Shown one piece after another: positions 37,111 through 50,761 of a stretch of 64,000 nucleotides of DNA. Source of the stretch: Rebecca billardiae RCC1528 (lineage: Eukaryota; Protista; Haptophyta); NCBI GenBank assembly GCA_965240325.2, contig OZ251249.1:434001-498000 (forward strand). Reading direction: 5' to 3'. Positions within the stretch are counted from its first letter, which is position 1. Each line of letters begins with the position of its first letter. The notes beneath the pieces were generated by a model. The model was not told where the DNA came from and ran no database searches. It saw only the letters and a list, made by a program, of their open reading frames with translations. The position numbers were made by a program, and so were the translations under genes.

Positions 37111-37299
37111 GGCACGCCGCGCCAATCATTTCGTCTCCCGATTTTTCTCGTCGCTCGTCGCGCTCGTCAAAAATCGCCACCGGCCGTCCGACGGCTCGCC
37201 GCGACGAAGGTCGGGAAGGGGCTCGAGAGCCTCGACTGGACGACTGCGCCGCCTCATGTCAGGTGTAGTGCTGGACACATCGTTCGGGTGCCCCGGCGG

Positions 37300-38500
37300 T
37301 GTGCGTGCACACCTTGAGCGACATGTCTGCGTTGCTTCCGCCGCCCGCGGTCCGTCGCCAGGTCGACTTCTCGCCTGACGGCGCGCGTCGAACGCTCACC
37401 CGCTGGGTTGCGTCGCGCCTTCGAGACGGGCCACCTCGGGTAATATGCGGGCCACGCGACGGCTCGTGTTGGCCACCGCCTACCCCTAGCATGTACTCGA
37501 TGCTACCACCAGCGTTGGGTGCGCTGCGCATCGCCAACGCTTCATCCGGCCAGTCCCGTCACGTTCGCGCATGGGTCGTCCTGAGCGGCGGCTGTCGATT
37601 TGTGCTCCTCGTGGAGCTGTATGACGGGCTGGGGGCGAGCAGGATGGCTCGCCTTGCGGGGCTGGGTGTGTACACTCGCAGTGTAGTGGCTGCCGGCTGA
37701 CTCCCATTGCCTGGGTGCTGCTTTACCGTCATGGCCTTTGCTGCGAGCACAAGGTCGAGGATCGTACAGCGGTCTGCGAGGCAGAGTCGACGGAGTCGTC
37801 GCTTGAAGATGGTTGAGAGCGCTCATACGTCTTCCTTGGTGCCGTTCAGCTACTCCAGCACGCAAGGCTTGCGCTCTGGCACGTGTTTGGTGTCCATGGG
37901 TGGCACATTGTGCCATTCGGGTGGCTCGGAAGCACGTGCTCGGGTGTCTTTCCTGTTTACGCGCGGTGGGCCATGTCACCACGCACGGCCAGAGCATGTC
38001 ATGGCACGCGGACGGTGCCCATGAACGATCCCCACCCCGGTGGTGGCCGTAGGCGCACTCAAAGCGGTCGCATCGTCAACCGCGGATCACATCAGTCCGC
38101 CGTTGAGGCTGTCGGGCGAGCAAAGACGTGCGATCTGACCCTTGGACGAGCAGCTAGAACCGCGAGTATGCCTCATCTAAGGACGCACATGTCGTCGTTG
38201 TAGGCAGTACGGATGCCCCAAGTGAAAGGGCGGGCGTGGCACGCGACTTGACAGCTTGAATGACTCGATGCACGCCGCCATGGACACGCGATCCGGTGAT
38301 CCGTTGCGAACCTGCCGTGTGGCTCACGGCGGCGCGCGTTGTGCCGCAGATCGGCCAGTCGCCACGCAGGAGATGGTCTTCAGACCAGGTCCAGCACCTG
38401 ACCGACTGCCGCACGCCTGGCCGGGTGGGAGTCCGGCCCTCTTCTTGTCTGCAGGAGTGCGCGGAAGGCCAGGCGGAGCCTCGTCCGACCACTGCACCCC
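37300..38500 (-). pseudogene. Degenerate hAT transposase relic
   Basis: Across frameshifts, in hAT order: APSACHDML (CxxH-like, ~38010), VLP-ATRWHNV (TRWNS-like, ~37915) and WPDEALAMRSAPNAGGSIEYMLGVGG (dimerisation-domain-like, ~37500). Confidence 0.45.
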
Positions 38501-39107
38501 GAGCGCCGCACTAATCGTGAAGCCTGGGACAGCTACCCACCTATGGCGAATATGTAACGACATAGTGGCATTGTAAGTATACAGGTCCAGAACGCATACT
38601 TATGCGGGTACATTGATGCCTATAATATGCGGGTACCAATGGGTAATATAGTCGATCTTGCAGTAGTACTAGTTGAGTACTCAGCCACTTGCGCACAGAC
38701 CACAGCCCATCCAGTAATGGCCTGTACCAGGGTTCATGCTCGCCTCGACGTGCGCCAATAAGTAAGTTCGTGCGTTTGGGCTCATTACGGCTAAGTACTT
38801 ACCCACATTCAGAGTGACGATTCTCTATGTGTCCGTAGTTGTCCGCGGCGCGCGCGCGCACGCTCACGACGGGCCGCGCTGATGCGATGATTTTTCAGGC
38901 CGAAACTTTTGCTCCGCCCGGGCTGGGCCCATTTATTGTTACGCTGTTTCCGGGTGTGAGCGCGTGCCTAGGGGCCCGCATTCATTTGGCGATAAAATCC
39001 CCGATGAAAGTGCTCCAGTGCGTTTGGACCAGGCTTGACTAGTAATATTATATATATATATATAAGTATACTGTTAAATATAATTGTGACTCCGATGTTC
39101 CCGCGAG

Positions 39108-41236
39108 TCAGCGAGTGCGTCGAGTCATCGGATGATCGGCATCAGCTGCTGGTGTTGACGACTGATGCTGCCTTGCTTGTAGTCGTGACGTTCGTCTGCT
39201 CTTGAGAATGACATCGTCCCTGTTGCAGCCTCGCCCCAGGCAGTCTTTCACCATCGTAATGACGGCGATGCTCCTGAAGTGCACCTCATGCAGCGAGTAG
39301 TTGCTCCACCACGACGAGGTCCATTCTGCGCTCTCTCCAGTGGCATGCAGCGACACCGTGTGCTCACCTTGAGGAAGCTCGCCGCGCAGCTTGACTGCAG
39401 AGCCATGCGCAGCCGGCTGCAGCACGAAGGGCAGCACGTTGATGAAATGCTCGACGGTGATGAAGTCATTGGCGTCGCGCAGGGCCTTGCTCGCCTCGTT
39501 GACCTTGGTCACAAACGCACCGTCGACACGGATCTCGATTATGCCCAGGGGCTGGTAGCTCTGGGAGAGGCCCACTGAGAGTGCACACCCAGCAGCAGAC
39601 TCGCAAGCCACGCGCAGGCTGAGCTCGGCGCCAGGCGCACTCGCGTACATGTAGCGCTGCTTCGCAGAGTCGAGGCGCCAGCCTGTATTGTTGACGATCA
39701 TGGCGTCCACCGTGCCAGACTGCACTGCAGCACAGCGCGTCGCAGCTGGGCTGAGCATCTCCCTGTGCAGCTCCGCGTTGAACAGCGCATTCGCACTCAA
39801 CTCCTGCTCAGCAGGATCGCGGATCACTGCCCAGGGCGGCGCTGGGCTCAAGCCGAAGCGGAGCTCCGCCTCGAGCAGCAGACTGAGGAGGGCACAGCCC
39901 ATGAGCTGGTGCCCGCGCACATTGGGGTGGTGGAAGCTCATTGGTTGCAGCACGTCGATGGGCTGCAGCTGCCCTGAGGCCAGCAGCGGCCATAGGCCAG
40001 TGCGGAGCGAGACAGAGGGCAGCGCGTACCGCTGTGCAAGCAGGTCGTAACACGGGCTCGCGTCGACGAAGCGGTCGAGCGCGAAGGTGTGCATCAGCAC
40101 CACTGCCGCCTGTGGCGCGTTCGCGCGGATGCGCCAGAGCAAGCGGTCAGCCTTGGCGACGACGGCACTGAAGCCGTCGCCCGCACAAACGGGCGAGGTG
40201 TTGATGGCGTACTCGACAACGAAGACGTCGATGGCTGACATGTTGACAGTGTTGCCGAAGATCGACGACATGCAAACGGTCACCAGGTCGGGGCCGGTGC
40301 CCCCACGCGCGCGGTTGATCACGCGTGCATCGATGCCAGTGCGCCCCAGCAGCAACCTGAGCTCTGCGAGATATCCCCTGCCACAGCACGCCTGCCCGCA
40401 CGCCTTGCTGGCCTTCTTCCGGCACTGGGCATAACCGCCCCCGTTGGACGTGGAGCCGCCGACGACGGCGACGTTGAACTTGCTCCCAGTGGCTCGCGCG
40501 CGGCCAAGCGCAGAGCCGAGCGCTCGCAGGTCGCCGTAGTGGGTCACGCTCCTGCGCAGGAAGTCCTCTGCCATCGAGCTGTCGCCGAGATTCGCCTCCA
40601 CTACCCGCAAGGGGAGCGTCGTCGTCGAGTTGGCGAGCGCGACGGCGAACACTTCACCGCTGTCGCGGGCGACGCGTCCCAGCGTCGACTTCTGGTAGAC
40701 TTGCTGGCTGGCGCCGCTGATGCGGGAAGAAGTAGGGTGCAGTGGTGCACGCCCGCGTGAGACGTGCTGGAGGTGGTGCACCTCCTTGGAGAGTGGCTGC
40801 GCCAAGTAGGCGGCCGCAAACATGGAGCCGAGGAGCATGATGGCTGACACGAGAAGGACCGTGCTGAGCAACTTGAGTGTACGCGCTTCCTTGCGCGCGC
40901 CGACCACGTCCCCTACGATCGCCTTCACCTAATTGGGGTGGGGGTGGGGGTGGGGGAGGGGGTTCGTGAGGGCGGGCACGAGTCTGGTGCGCGCAACGTA
41001 ATGCGGATGATAGCTACTCCAACGCTACGCACCTTGTCATGCCTGCGCATGGTCTGCTCGATCACGCTCTGCTTGCTGTCCCCGTCAACATCGTCGGCCG
41101 CTGCTCTCGGCCGCCGACCGTCAGCCGCGCGACGCTCACCAGACGTGCAGGCGGGGCCCTCAACGTCGATGACGTCGGGCGTAGCCGGTGGCGAGTTGGG
41201 CTTGCCTCCCGTCCCACGCCCGAACATCGACGCCAT
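39108..41236 (-). CDS. Type II membrane SGNH hydrolase/acetyltransferase-like protein (2 exons)
   Basis: ATG at 41236, intron 41032-40929, TM helix, SGNH blocks VVGGSTS / RARGGTG / VEYAIN / HHPNVRGH. Confidence 0.8.
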
Positions 41237-41250
41237 GTGCTCGGGGTGTC

Positions 41251-42262
41251 CAGGGGTGGGCGCAAGCGAATCGCCGAATTTTCAATTCGCCGAATTCGCC
41301 GAATCGGCGAACGGCGAAGGCTGGGCGCATTCGGCGAAGGTGGCGAAATGCCCCGATCCGGGCGGTATTGCCGTTGCCGGACTCAGTATCTCCCGGCCGG
41401 CGACCGACGGCCGCCGCTCGGCGCATCGGAGCGCGACCCGCGCGCCGCCACGTGCGCGTCCGCCGCGCCGAGGCGTGCGGCGTACGACGCTAACTCGCCA
41501 AGCGGGCTGTCGAATATGACGCGGTCGGCGCTTGCATGCCTCCGCAGCGGCGGCGGCAGCCAGTCGTCGAGCGCGGAGAGCGGGCGCGCCTGCTGAACTC
41601 GGCGCCGCGCTACGTTGAAGTAGGTGGCCGCGGGCAGCTCGGCCTTGCACGCGTCGTTGACGCACAGGGTCACGCAGCGCATCTCCGCTACAAGTGTAGC
41701 GACGTGCGCTCTGACGAGGCGTCAGACGAGCGTCGCGACGACTTCTGGCGCGGGCAGCGTTGCGTGCATACGCTGAAGGCGGACTGCCGAGCAGCCGTGA
41801 ACTCAGGCCGACGGACAGCCTGTGCGCCGGCCTTGGTGGTGGCATCGGCGAGGCTGGCGTTCGCCGGGCGGCGCGGCAGACTCGAGCACAATGCTTCCTG
41901 GCACGCTTGCACTGAGACTTGCCGCCAACTTAGCGAAGGCTGAGGAAGCTGGCCGGGCCGAGGTCCGTGTCATAAGCCCGTGCCACGCGAGGCGCGCAAT
42001 GGCGCGCAATGAAGATGTCTGACCCGCCGCGCGCGTCCCAGAGCTCGGCCGCGTAGAGGCTTCACAGCTTGGGCACGGTCCCTGGAAGTCGACGGGGTGT
42101 GCCACGCGTCATCCTGACACTCGTAGCCTGTCAGCTCGGGTGACACATGGCGCGGAAATGTTCGCAACGCAGAAATTCGCCATATTCGCCGAATTCGCCG
42201 AATTCGGCGAATTCGGCGAAGAAGCGAAGGCTGAGGCCATTCGGCGAATCTGCCCATCCCTG
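41251..42262. mobile_element. Non-autonomous hAT-like element with TTCGCCGAA subterminal repeats
   Basis: TIRs caggggtgggc / gcccatccctg, direct duplication gggtgtc at 41244-41250 and 42263-42269, clustered ttcgccgaa/ttcggcgaa repeats at both ends. Confidence 0.8.
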
Positions 42263-42555
42263 GGGTGTCTCGCCCACCCACCACGCCTGCCTCTCGCTTC
42301 CCGATTTCGGCAACTGTCAGAAATCGCCCGCCAACAAAAGAAACGGCGGAAATAAAGTATATTAAAGTGGCGGAAGATGCATCCGATCCGCAGCGACTCG
42401 CGGCATCCGCTGCGGATCGATGGCGCGAGCAGGATGCACAGGGTTCTTAATTAAAACATACCAGTAGTAAACTGTCGTAGTTTACTGAGACGCCCAGTGG
42501 AATCCTGTTCACAGTACTACCAGCAAGGGCGGTACCAGTACGAGGACAGTCCGAC

Positions 42556-43814
42556 ATGATCGCCCTCATCCTTCTGGCTCGCTATAGGCCCGTGCGCGAC
42601 GAGGGCCGCGTGGCCGGGGCCCTCGGCGCCGCGCCCCCGCGCCCCGCCCGCAGCGCCGGCGGGCTCGGCTTCATGCTCACGTCCGGCAATCGCTTCTGCG
42701 TCGCCGATCCGGTGCCGCTCGGCCGAGCGGTCCAGCTGATCGGGATCGGCCCGGCGCGCACGGGCACCAGCTCGTTCACCGGCCGGCTGAGAGTCTCTAA
42801 GGCGGCCATCGTGGGCTCGGGGCGGCGGGGTGGGTACAACAAGACCTGCTGCGGGTCGGAGCTCGCCTTCCAGTTCTCCACGGACAAGTACTGTCGTGCG
42901 AGGCGTGTCGTACTACGACCGTGCGTTCGGCGGCACGGCCGAAACCACACCACCCGTAGAAGACGGCACGGCCGTCACCACACCCGCGCCCTCCCCGCCG
43001 CACCTCCGCCTCCTCTTCGAGAAGACGCCCGGATACATGGGCGTGCCGCTCACGCCCTTCCGCATCTACCACTACTTTGGGCGGCTGCCGAATAATCTGC
43101 GGCTCGTATTCACGTACCGAAACCCAGGTACGGCGTACCTGAGTAGCTACCTGCACTCGCAGCGGGTGCCCGCCGCGTGGAAGGCCGCAAGCGCCGGTGC
43201 GCAGTTTGAGCTTGCGGCGCGCTCCGCCGTGCGTGCCGCCGAGGCGTACCTCGCCTGCCGCCGCGGCGTGTACACCATCCTGCTGCGCTGGCCGCTCGCC
43301 AAGAAGACAGACGCCGAGATCGAGAATCTTGCGCTGACAGACGCCGAGATTGACCATTTCGTGCTGCACAGTTTGGCGCCGCTGGCGGTGCAGTGGATCG
43401 AGGAGCGCGTGTACCTCGAGTGCAGTGGGCCAAGTGGAAGGGGCGCGCACGGCCTGCGGCTCAATCACACTGCTATTCCGGATGTGCTGAAGTACCGGTC
43501 TCAGCACACGCTCAGTCTGTATCTCTCGCTCTTCGGTGTGGTCTGTGGAGCGGCTGTTCTGCGTGCCGCTGTGCTGGTCGGCGCGCCAGGGTGCGGCCGA
43601 GATCGGCGCTCTCGCCCGCGAGATCGGCGCCGCGCGCGACAGCGCCGTGCTCAACGCGCGGCTCGTGCGCGCGTGCACCGACGAGCACGACCCGCGCGTG
43701 GCGCAGGGCCGCCTTCCGATCGCCGGCGCGAACGATACCGCCGAGTGGCTCAACAGCGGCTTCTTCCGCGGCGCGTACGCGCGCATGCAGCAGCTCTGCC
43801 TCGGCGAGTACTGA
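42556..43814 (+). pseudogene. Heparan-sulfate-type sulfotransferase-like gene with two frameshifts
   Basis: IGIGPARTGTSS, ELAFQF..Y/VVRGVSYY, LFEKTPGY, LVFTYRNP. +1 shift near 42892 and a 7-bp insertion gtctgtg at 43541-43547. Confidence 0.7.
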
Positions 43815-43989
43815 CGCGCCGACCGGATGCGTTATAGATTCGCAGCCTCGCAGCATCAGTGGCTATACTGCTGCTGGCTTCCCACTCCCAGTGCAGGGGT
43901 GAGGGGAGCTGCCACCCGCAGACAGCGGTCCGCCGGCTTGCGGCGCCGAGGTGCCGGCCGGCCGCGCGGGATCAGATGGGCGGCACTCT

Positions 43990-45735
43990 GTGTCTGTGCC
44001 ACAGCAGCTGCAGCCTACATATGAGCTCCCCCCCAGGTGGCAAGTAGGGGAGTACCAGATCCGCATCACTGCCGCCATCAATAAGCACGACAATATTTAC
44101 GTGTCCTCATGCCTTGGCGAGCGGCAGCAGATGCGGTGGGCATGCCGCTCGCCGTCGACGAGACGCGGTGCGTGAGTGATCCCGCGCGGACGTCCGCTGA
44201 CGGAAGGCTGAGCGCCTGCGGACTCGTCGACTGAACCTCCACCTGACCGCCCGGGAGCAGCACTGCTGGGGACCTAACCTGAAAAACCCAATCGTGTTGG
44301 GAGGCAGGGGGTCACATGAGCCCTAAGTGCAGCGCCGCAAGACCGGGCGGTCGGACGGCGGGTGTTGTGATCCCGCCGCCCGAGCACCAGACCAACGGGC
44401 CCTGGGTGGGCGGGTTGCCGAAAGATGTTGGTCGGTGCACGCGACGCGCCACCCGCGTGCGAGCCGCCGCCGCCGGCGACGCAGGACGAGCTTGGCTGGA
44501 GCCATCTCGCACGCCGCGCCTGGCGAAGCAGGCGGCAGAGGCCGGCGCCGGAAATCGATCTCCTGGGCGGCAGAACAACCCGGACAGACTGTTTGTCCGG
44601 GAGCAGCGCCCTTTGAGGCGATGGTCTGGTAGAGGGCGATGTGGCTGATGAGCGGCGCTGGCGCCCGGCGTTCTTGTCGTCCTCTTAGACAATCAGTTAT
44701 TGTACCAATAACCCCACGTCTAGCCGTCCTCGTGAACGCCGACGCCAACTGCTGGCCGAAGGTGGGCACGCCGCCTGGCATGTCGATGCCGAGGCGGCTG
44801 CGTGTGTTCCTACTCAGTGGGATTTACGTGTCCTCATGCCTTGGCGAGCGGCAGCAGATGCGGTGGGCATGCCGCTCGCCGTCGACGAGACGCGGTGCGT
44901 GAGTGATCCCGTTTCATGGTGTGTTGGGGAGCACCGCGTGGAGGAGAATCCCATTGAGTGATGGGAAGGAAAGGGGGCAAGGCACGTGTGAGTCGCGCAC
45001 GCACGAGGGCCGGCCAGCGGGGGCTGGGCAGGTGGGGCAGTGCGAGTGAGACGGAACCCGAATAGGAGAGATAGCAGGCAGCCGGCCCCGAGGCGCGGCG
45101 CTGCGGAAGCAGGAGAAGGCTAGACGGCCTTTGCGGATGCTGTGAATGGCCCGCGGGTGCGCACGGGGCCCGGCGCGCGGTGTGCCGCCAGCGGTCCTTG
45201 TGTAGGAGCCGGCTGGCGTTGGCACCGGGGCGATCCCGAGGCAGGGCGGGAGAGATGGAGCAGCGATCCGCGTGGGGGCGCACCCACGGAGGAGGAGGCA
45301 TGTGGCGAAGAGGGAACGGTGCGATCGGGGCGGGTGCGGAAGAGCCACAGGGTGCGCACGCACACAGAGAGAGAAGAGGCGGTGGCCCGAAGCGCGAGGG
45401 GGCGCGATGCGGAGCGTTGCTTACCGCCGAGTTGCCGAAAGATGTTGGTCGGTGCACGCGACGCGCCACCCGCGTGCGAGCCGCCGCCGCCGGCGACGCA
45501 GGACGAGCTTGGCTGGAGCCATCTCGCACGCCGCGCCTGGCGAAGCAGGCGGCAGAGGCCGGCGCCGGAAATCGATCTCCTGGGCGGCAGAACAACCCGG
45601 ACAGACTGTTTGTCCGGGAGCAGCGCCCTTTGAGGCGATGGTCTGGTAGAGGGCGATGTGGCTGATGAGCGGCGCTGGCGCCCGGCGTTCTTGTCGTCCT
45701 CTTAGACAATCAGTTATTGTACCAATAACCCCACA
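43990..45735 (+). mobile_element. Copia-like LTR retroelement debris with two LTR-like units
   Basis: Units tgttggg..accccac(a) at 44295-44717 and 44922-45735 share an identical 304-bp 3' part. A 90-bp duplicate lies at 44095-44184 / 44822-44911. VNADANCW..VFLLSGIYVS..RQ..SPST resembles Copia RNase H. Confidence 0.45.
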
Positions 45736-46769
45736 TATATATATATACACGCTCATCGCCCGCGCGCGCATGGCGCACGTGCGCCCGGGGGCACGCGCCC
45801 GCGGGGGCGCTGCATACGACGACTACTTCGAGACGACGGCTGACGACGCGTGGCACCGCGACCACCGCGGTGGCGCGTGCGCGTCGACGCCAGACGGTGC
45901 GTCGAGCTTCCGCTCGGCGATGGAGTGATGGGCGACTATGAGGGGGGGGACGACGGCGAGGAGCGCTGATCCTGGTGTTTGTCTCTGCTGCTCGATCTGC
46001 TGCTACAGCTTGCTGACTCTGACGCCTGCCCGTTGCATACCACGTCGTTAATATATATATACACAGTGGCACCGGAACGATGGCGATTGCGGATAACCCG
46101 TGCACGCACGGCGACCGCCGCGGAAAAATTCTGACGGCCACGTGAGCGGTCGCCGGCCGGCGCTCGTGCGCGGGGGCAAGGCGCACGGGTCCTGGCAGGC
46201 GGAGGAAGCTCGCCCAGACCCACTTCGTCGCCGTCTTAGCCGTCCTTGGGCGCCGTGCGTAAGGCGCGATCGCGACTCGCGGTCGACATGTTGCACGCAA
46301 GGCGCGTGCAACCACTTCCGAGGGCTTAGCAAGCGCAGGATGGAGCTAGATGGGTGGGGATCAGTCCCAGTGGTGTATGTGTCTATCGTGACGCCCCGAG
46401 CGTCGCTCTTCTGGAGTGCATCTGGGTCTACGGATGTCGGCGTGCCGAACAGTGGGCACCGGTGCTTGTCGATGGCCGTGACCCACTCGTCAAGCGTGCC
46501 GGTGGCACGCTGCCTCACGGCCGCGATCGGCCGCCGGCGAGTGCGTCAGAGAAATGGTTGCAAGCATCGGCATCGTCTGGGCGTGTATGCAAGGCCTCGG
46601 TGCCGGAGGGCTCCGCTCGAGCCCGCGGCGATGGGCGTGCGAGCTCGCAGCAGCGCCCGGGCCGGGCGGGCAGCCGAGCCGCGCGCCGCGCGGCTGCGAC
46701 GCTGCTCGGTGGCACGCTAGCTCGTGGCCGGGATGGGACGCTGGCGAGGGTGCCCTAGGGACGGCTTCA

Positions 46770-47045
46770 AACATGGGCATCGGTTGGGCGCGTGTGCAAG
46801 GCCTTTGGGCGGCGAATGCTGACGCGCGGCGCCGAGCCCGGCGCGCGGCGGCGCCGAGTGCTGCACGCCGCAGAGCGTGGGCGGTGGCTGCGAGCGTGCG
46901 CGTGCGCGGCTCGGCCCGCGCCGCCACAGCCGTGCGAGGTGCGCGTCACGCAGCGTGGGCATCGGTGGCGAACGCTGACGCGTGGCGCTGAGCCCGGCGC
47001 GCGGCGGCGAGTGCAGCTGCACGCCGCGCAGCGTGGGCGGCGGCG
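46770..47045. repeat. Degenerate tandem repeat (gggcatcggt..cgctgacgcg..gagcccggcgcgcggcggcg units)
   Basis: Two related units visible, plus a partial copy at ~46560-46610. Confidence 0.6.
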
Positions 47046-49300
47046 CGCGGCGGCCCCAATGATCGATCCAGGCGACTGCCGCAGAGGGAGCAGCAGTCGC
47101 ACCGGGCAGACTGATTTGGGTATACCGCGCGCGCCGGCAGGCGGATGCCGTGCCACCGACTATACTCTCGGAGTCTGACGGCTCGGACGGCCCGGAGCGT
47201 CATCGCGGCCGTTCGGGTGGGCCGCGACCGGCGCGCATCATACGAGTCGCGCAGCTGGACGTGGAACAGACAATGAGCAGCCCATCACATACGGTCGTCG
47301 AGGCCGGCGCGCCGTGCTGGGGGCTCATATGTCGCGTCGTACGACTCTGACGATATACGGCGCGGGCGCGTGGCGCGGCCGAGCGGCGGCCCCGCCGCCG
47401 GCCTCGCTGCCGGCCGCCGGCGATATCCGCGCATATATCGGGCTGCGCGCCGCGCGCGCGCTCGGACGATGTCTGACGGTCGCCGTCGTCATCGATTATA
47501 TATGACAGTATTGACAGTCATCGACAGATGTCTGAGCAGATGACTCGATGAATCCGCGTATCCGATCGCATCAGCAGTAGTATATAGTGACGCGCCGCGG
47601 ACGACAGCAGACGATGAGTGAATCGGCCGCGGCGGCCGGGCGGTGATGACGAGATATAGCGCGGATGGACGACGACTGCTGATGATCGGAGACTAGCGCC
47701 AGCAGTAGAGTGATGATCGACTGTCAGTCGGCGTCGAGCGGTGAGTCATCGGACGAGCCGGCGCTGCTGACGTATCCGGGCCGCGCGGCACCGGCCCGGC
47801 ACCGGGGCGCGGCACCGGAGCGGCCGCGCGGTGCTGATGAGACGGGCGGCGGCCGATGATGGGCCACGCGCGGTAAGTGGCTGGTCTTACCGCCCGAACT
47901 GCCAACTGGCCGGGCTGGTGAGCGGCAGCAGCCGTTGGCGCGAGCGCGGGCGTGCAGTGGGCAGGCAGCTCGCTTGTTTGTCGAGATCACAGCTCCTCGC
48001 GCCCCGAAGCGATGCGCCGACCTGCGCGTGGCCGCAGCGGATACAGAAAGCGCGTTCCAAGCCACCCGCTCGAAGTCGTTGAGTCACAGGCCAATGCAAG
48101 CACACGCGTGGCTCGCGCGCACGCTTCGCCGCGCAGCTCGTCGACCACAGCAGTGCTTGAGCTCAGATTGGCGGTCGTACTGCGTCGTCACCGAGCAAAC
48201 GCAAAGCACCTGCTGCGATCACACTGCTGCTCGACGGTCTGCCAAACGGATGTATCGTGGGCGCCACGAGAGGCTCGTAGGCACAGACATCTTGCCGCGT
48301 CCACACGATCGCCCCCTTGCCCACTGGAAGCATCGGTATCGCCTGCGAGCGCGTCGCGCAGGCAGGTGTGGTGGGCGTGCTCGCGCACACGTGAGCGCAT
48401 GCCGCAGCGCGCGCATCCGGTTGGAACGTGCCGCAGGATGCTCCAGGCGTGGCAGCCCGCTGCGACGCCGTGCAGCATCACACCCGCTATCATCAGCGCG
48501 CGCGCGGTCAGGTACACTCGTATTGGCTTCGTCGGCAAGGGCTGCCCAAAGTCGTGGAGAGTCGCTCGCGCCGTGCCGATCGGAGCCATCGACACCTGAA
48601 AAGCGGCCCTGCTGCGCCAGCGGGTGACCGTACCGGAACGCAACGGCCCTGCAGAGAGACCCACTGGTGTAGGCATGCGCCAGACACGCGATCGCGCAGG
48701 TGTCCGCGCGATGAATCACACGCAGCTGTGCGCGCGGGTCGCGGGAGCAGCTGCCAGCGGGCACGACCGAGGACGTGCCGCCGGGCATCGTGGCCAGCTC
48801 ACATGATGAGGAGGTCCGAAACCCTGTACGTCCATGGCATATCCGTATAGACCAGGGGCACCCCGCCCATCGTGCAGCGTCTCGCCAGACAATGACTTAT
48901 TAGGTTCACGAGCCCCACCTGCCCAAAGTCGTGCACCGTGTTTGAGCACGCCCGTCCGTGCCCGAGGCGGGCATGTGACCTGAGCGAGTCGAGAGAGGTG
49001 GCACTCTGCGCGGGCGATTTGGGCGGGGTGGAGGGGCAGGGCTTGTGGTAAGCGCGCACGGCGCGCGGCGCACTCCTCATCGCGCGCGGGCCGTCGCGCG
49101 ACTCGCACCACACCGTCGACGGCGACTTCGCGCGAGCCAGCGAAGTCCGTTCGAGAGGCGTCCGCCGGCCGAACCAGGTGGTTCGGCAGCCATCGTGAAA
49201 ACCACGGAAAATCATTTTTCCCACTGGGGGAGCGCCGGGGCGACGAAAAGGCTTATCCGCAACATCGTCCCTTCCGGTGCCACTGTGTGTGTGTATATAT

Positions 49301-50761
<1,461 letters not shown>

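Larger units (their letters stand above)
33754..42474. mobile_element. Putative second gene-carrying TIR element (~8.7 kb, decayed right end)
   Basis: Left TA|cagtttactatgttttaagacgc. The reverse complement of 42445-42474 reads cagtttacta[ctggta]tgttttaa[ttaa]ga, the same variant with two small insertions. Terminal genes both face inward. Confidence 0.45.

Noticed and set aside
40935-40965. (GGGGGT)n resembling an interstitial telomere
   Set aside because: Only a few units, lying in the C-rich 3' end of an intron on the minus strand.
45790-46520. Transposase-like fragments (PDGASSFRSA; WLHAPCVQHV)
   Set aside because: Short motifs on opposite strands; insufficient to call an element.
47880-49290. 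Possible DIRS/YR-type reverse transcriptase relic on the minus strand
   Set aside because: Coding-like but heavily broken, and no catalytic motif could be identified with confidence.
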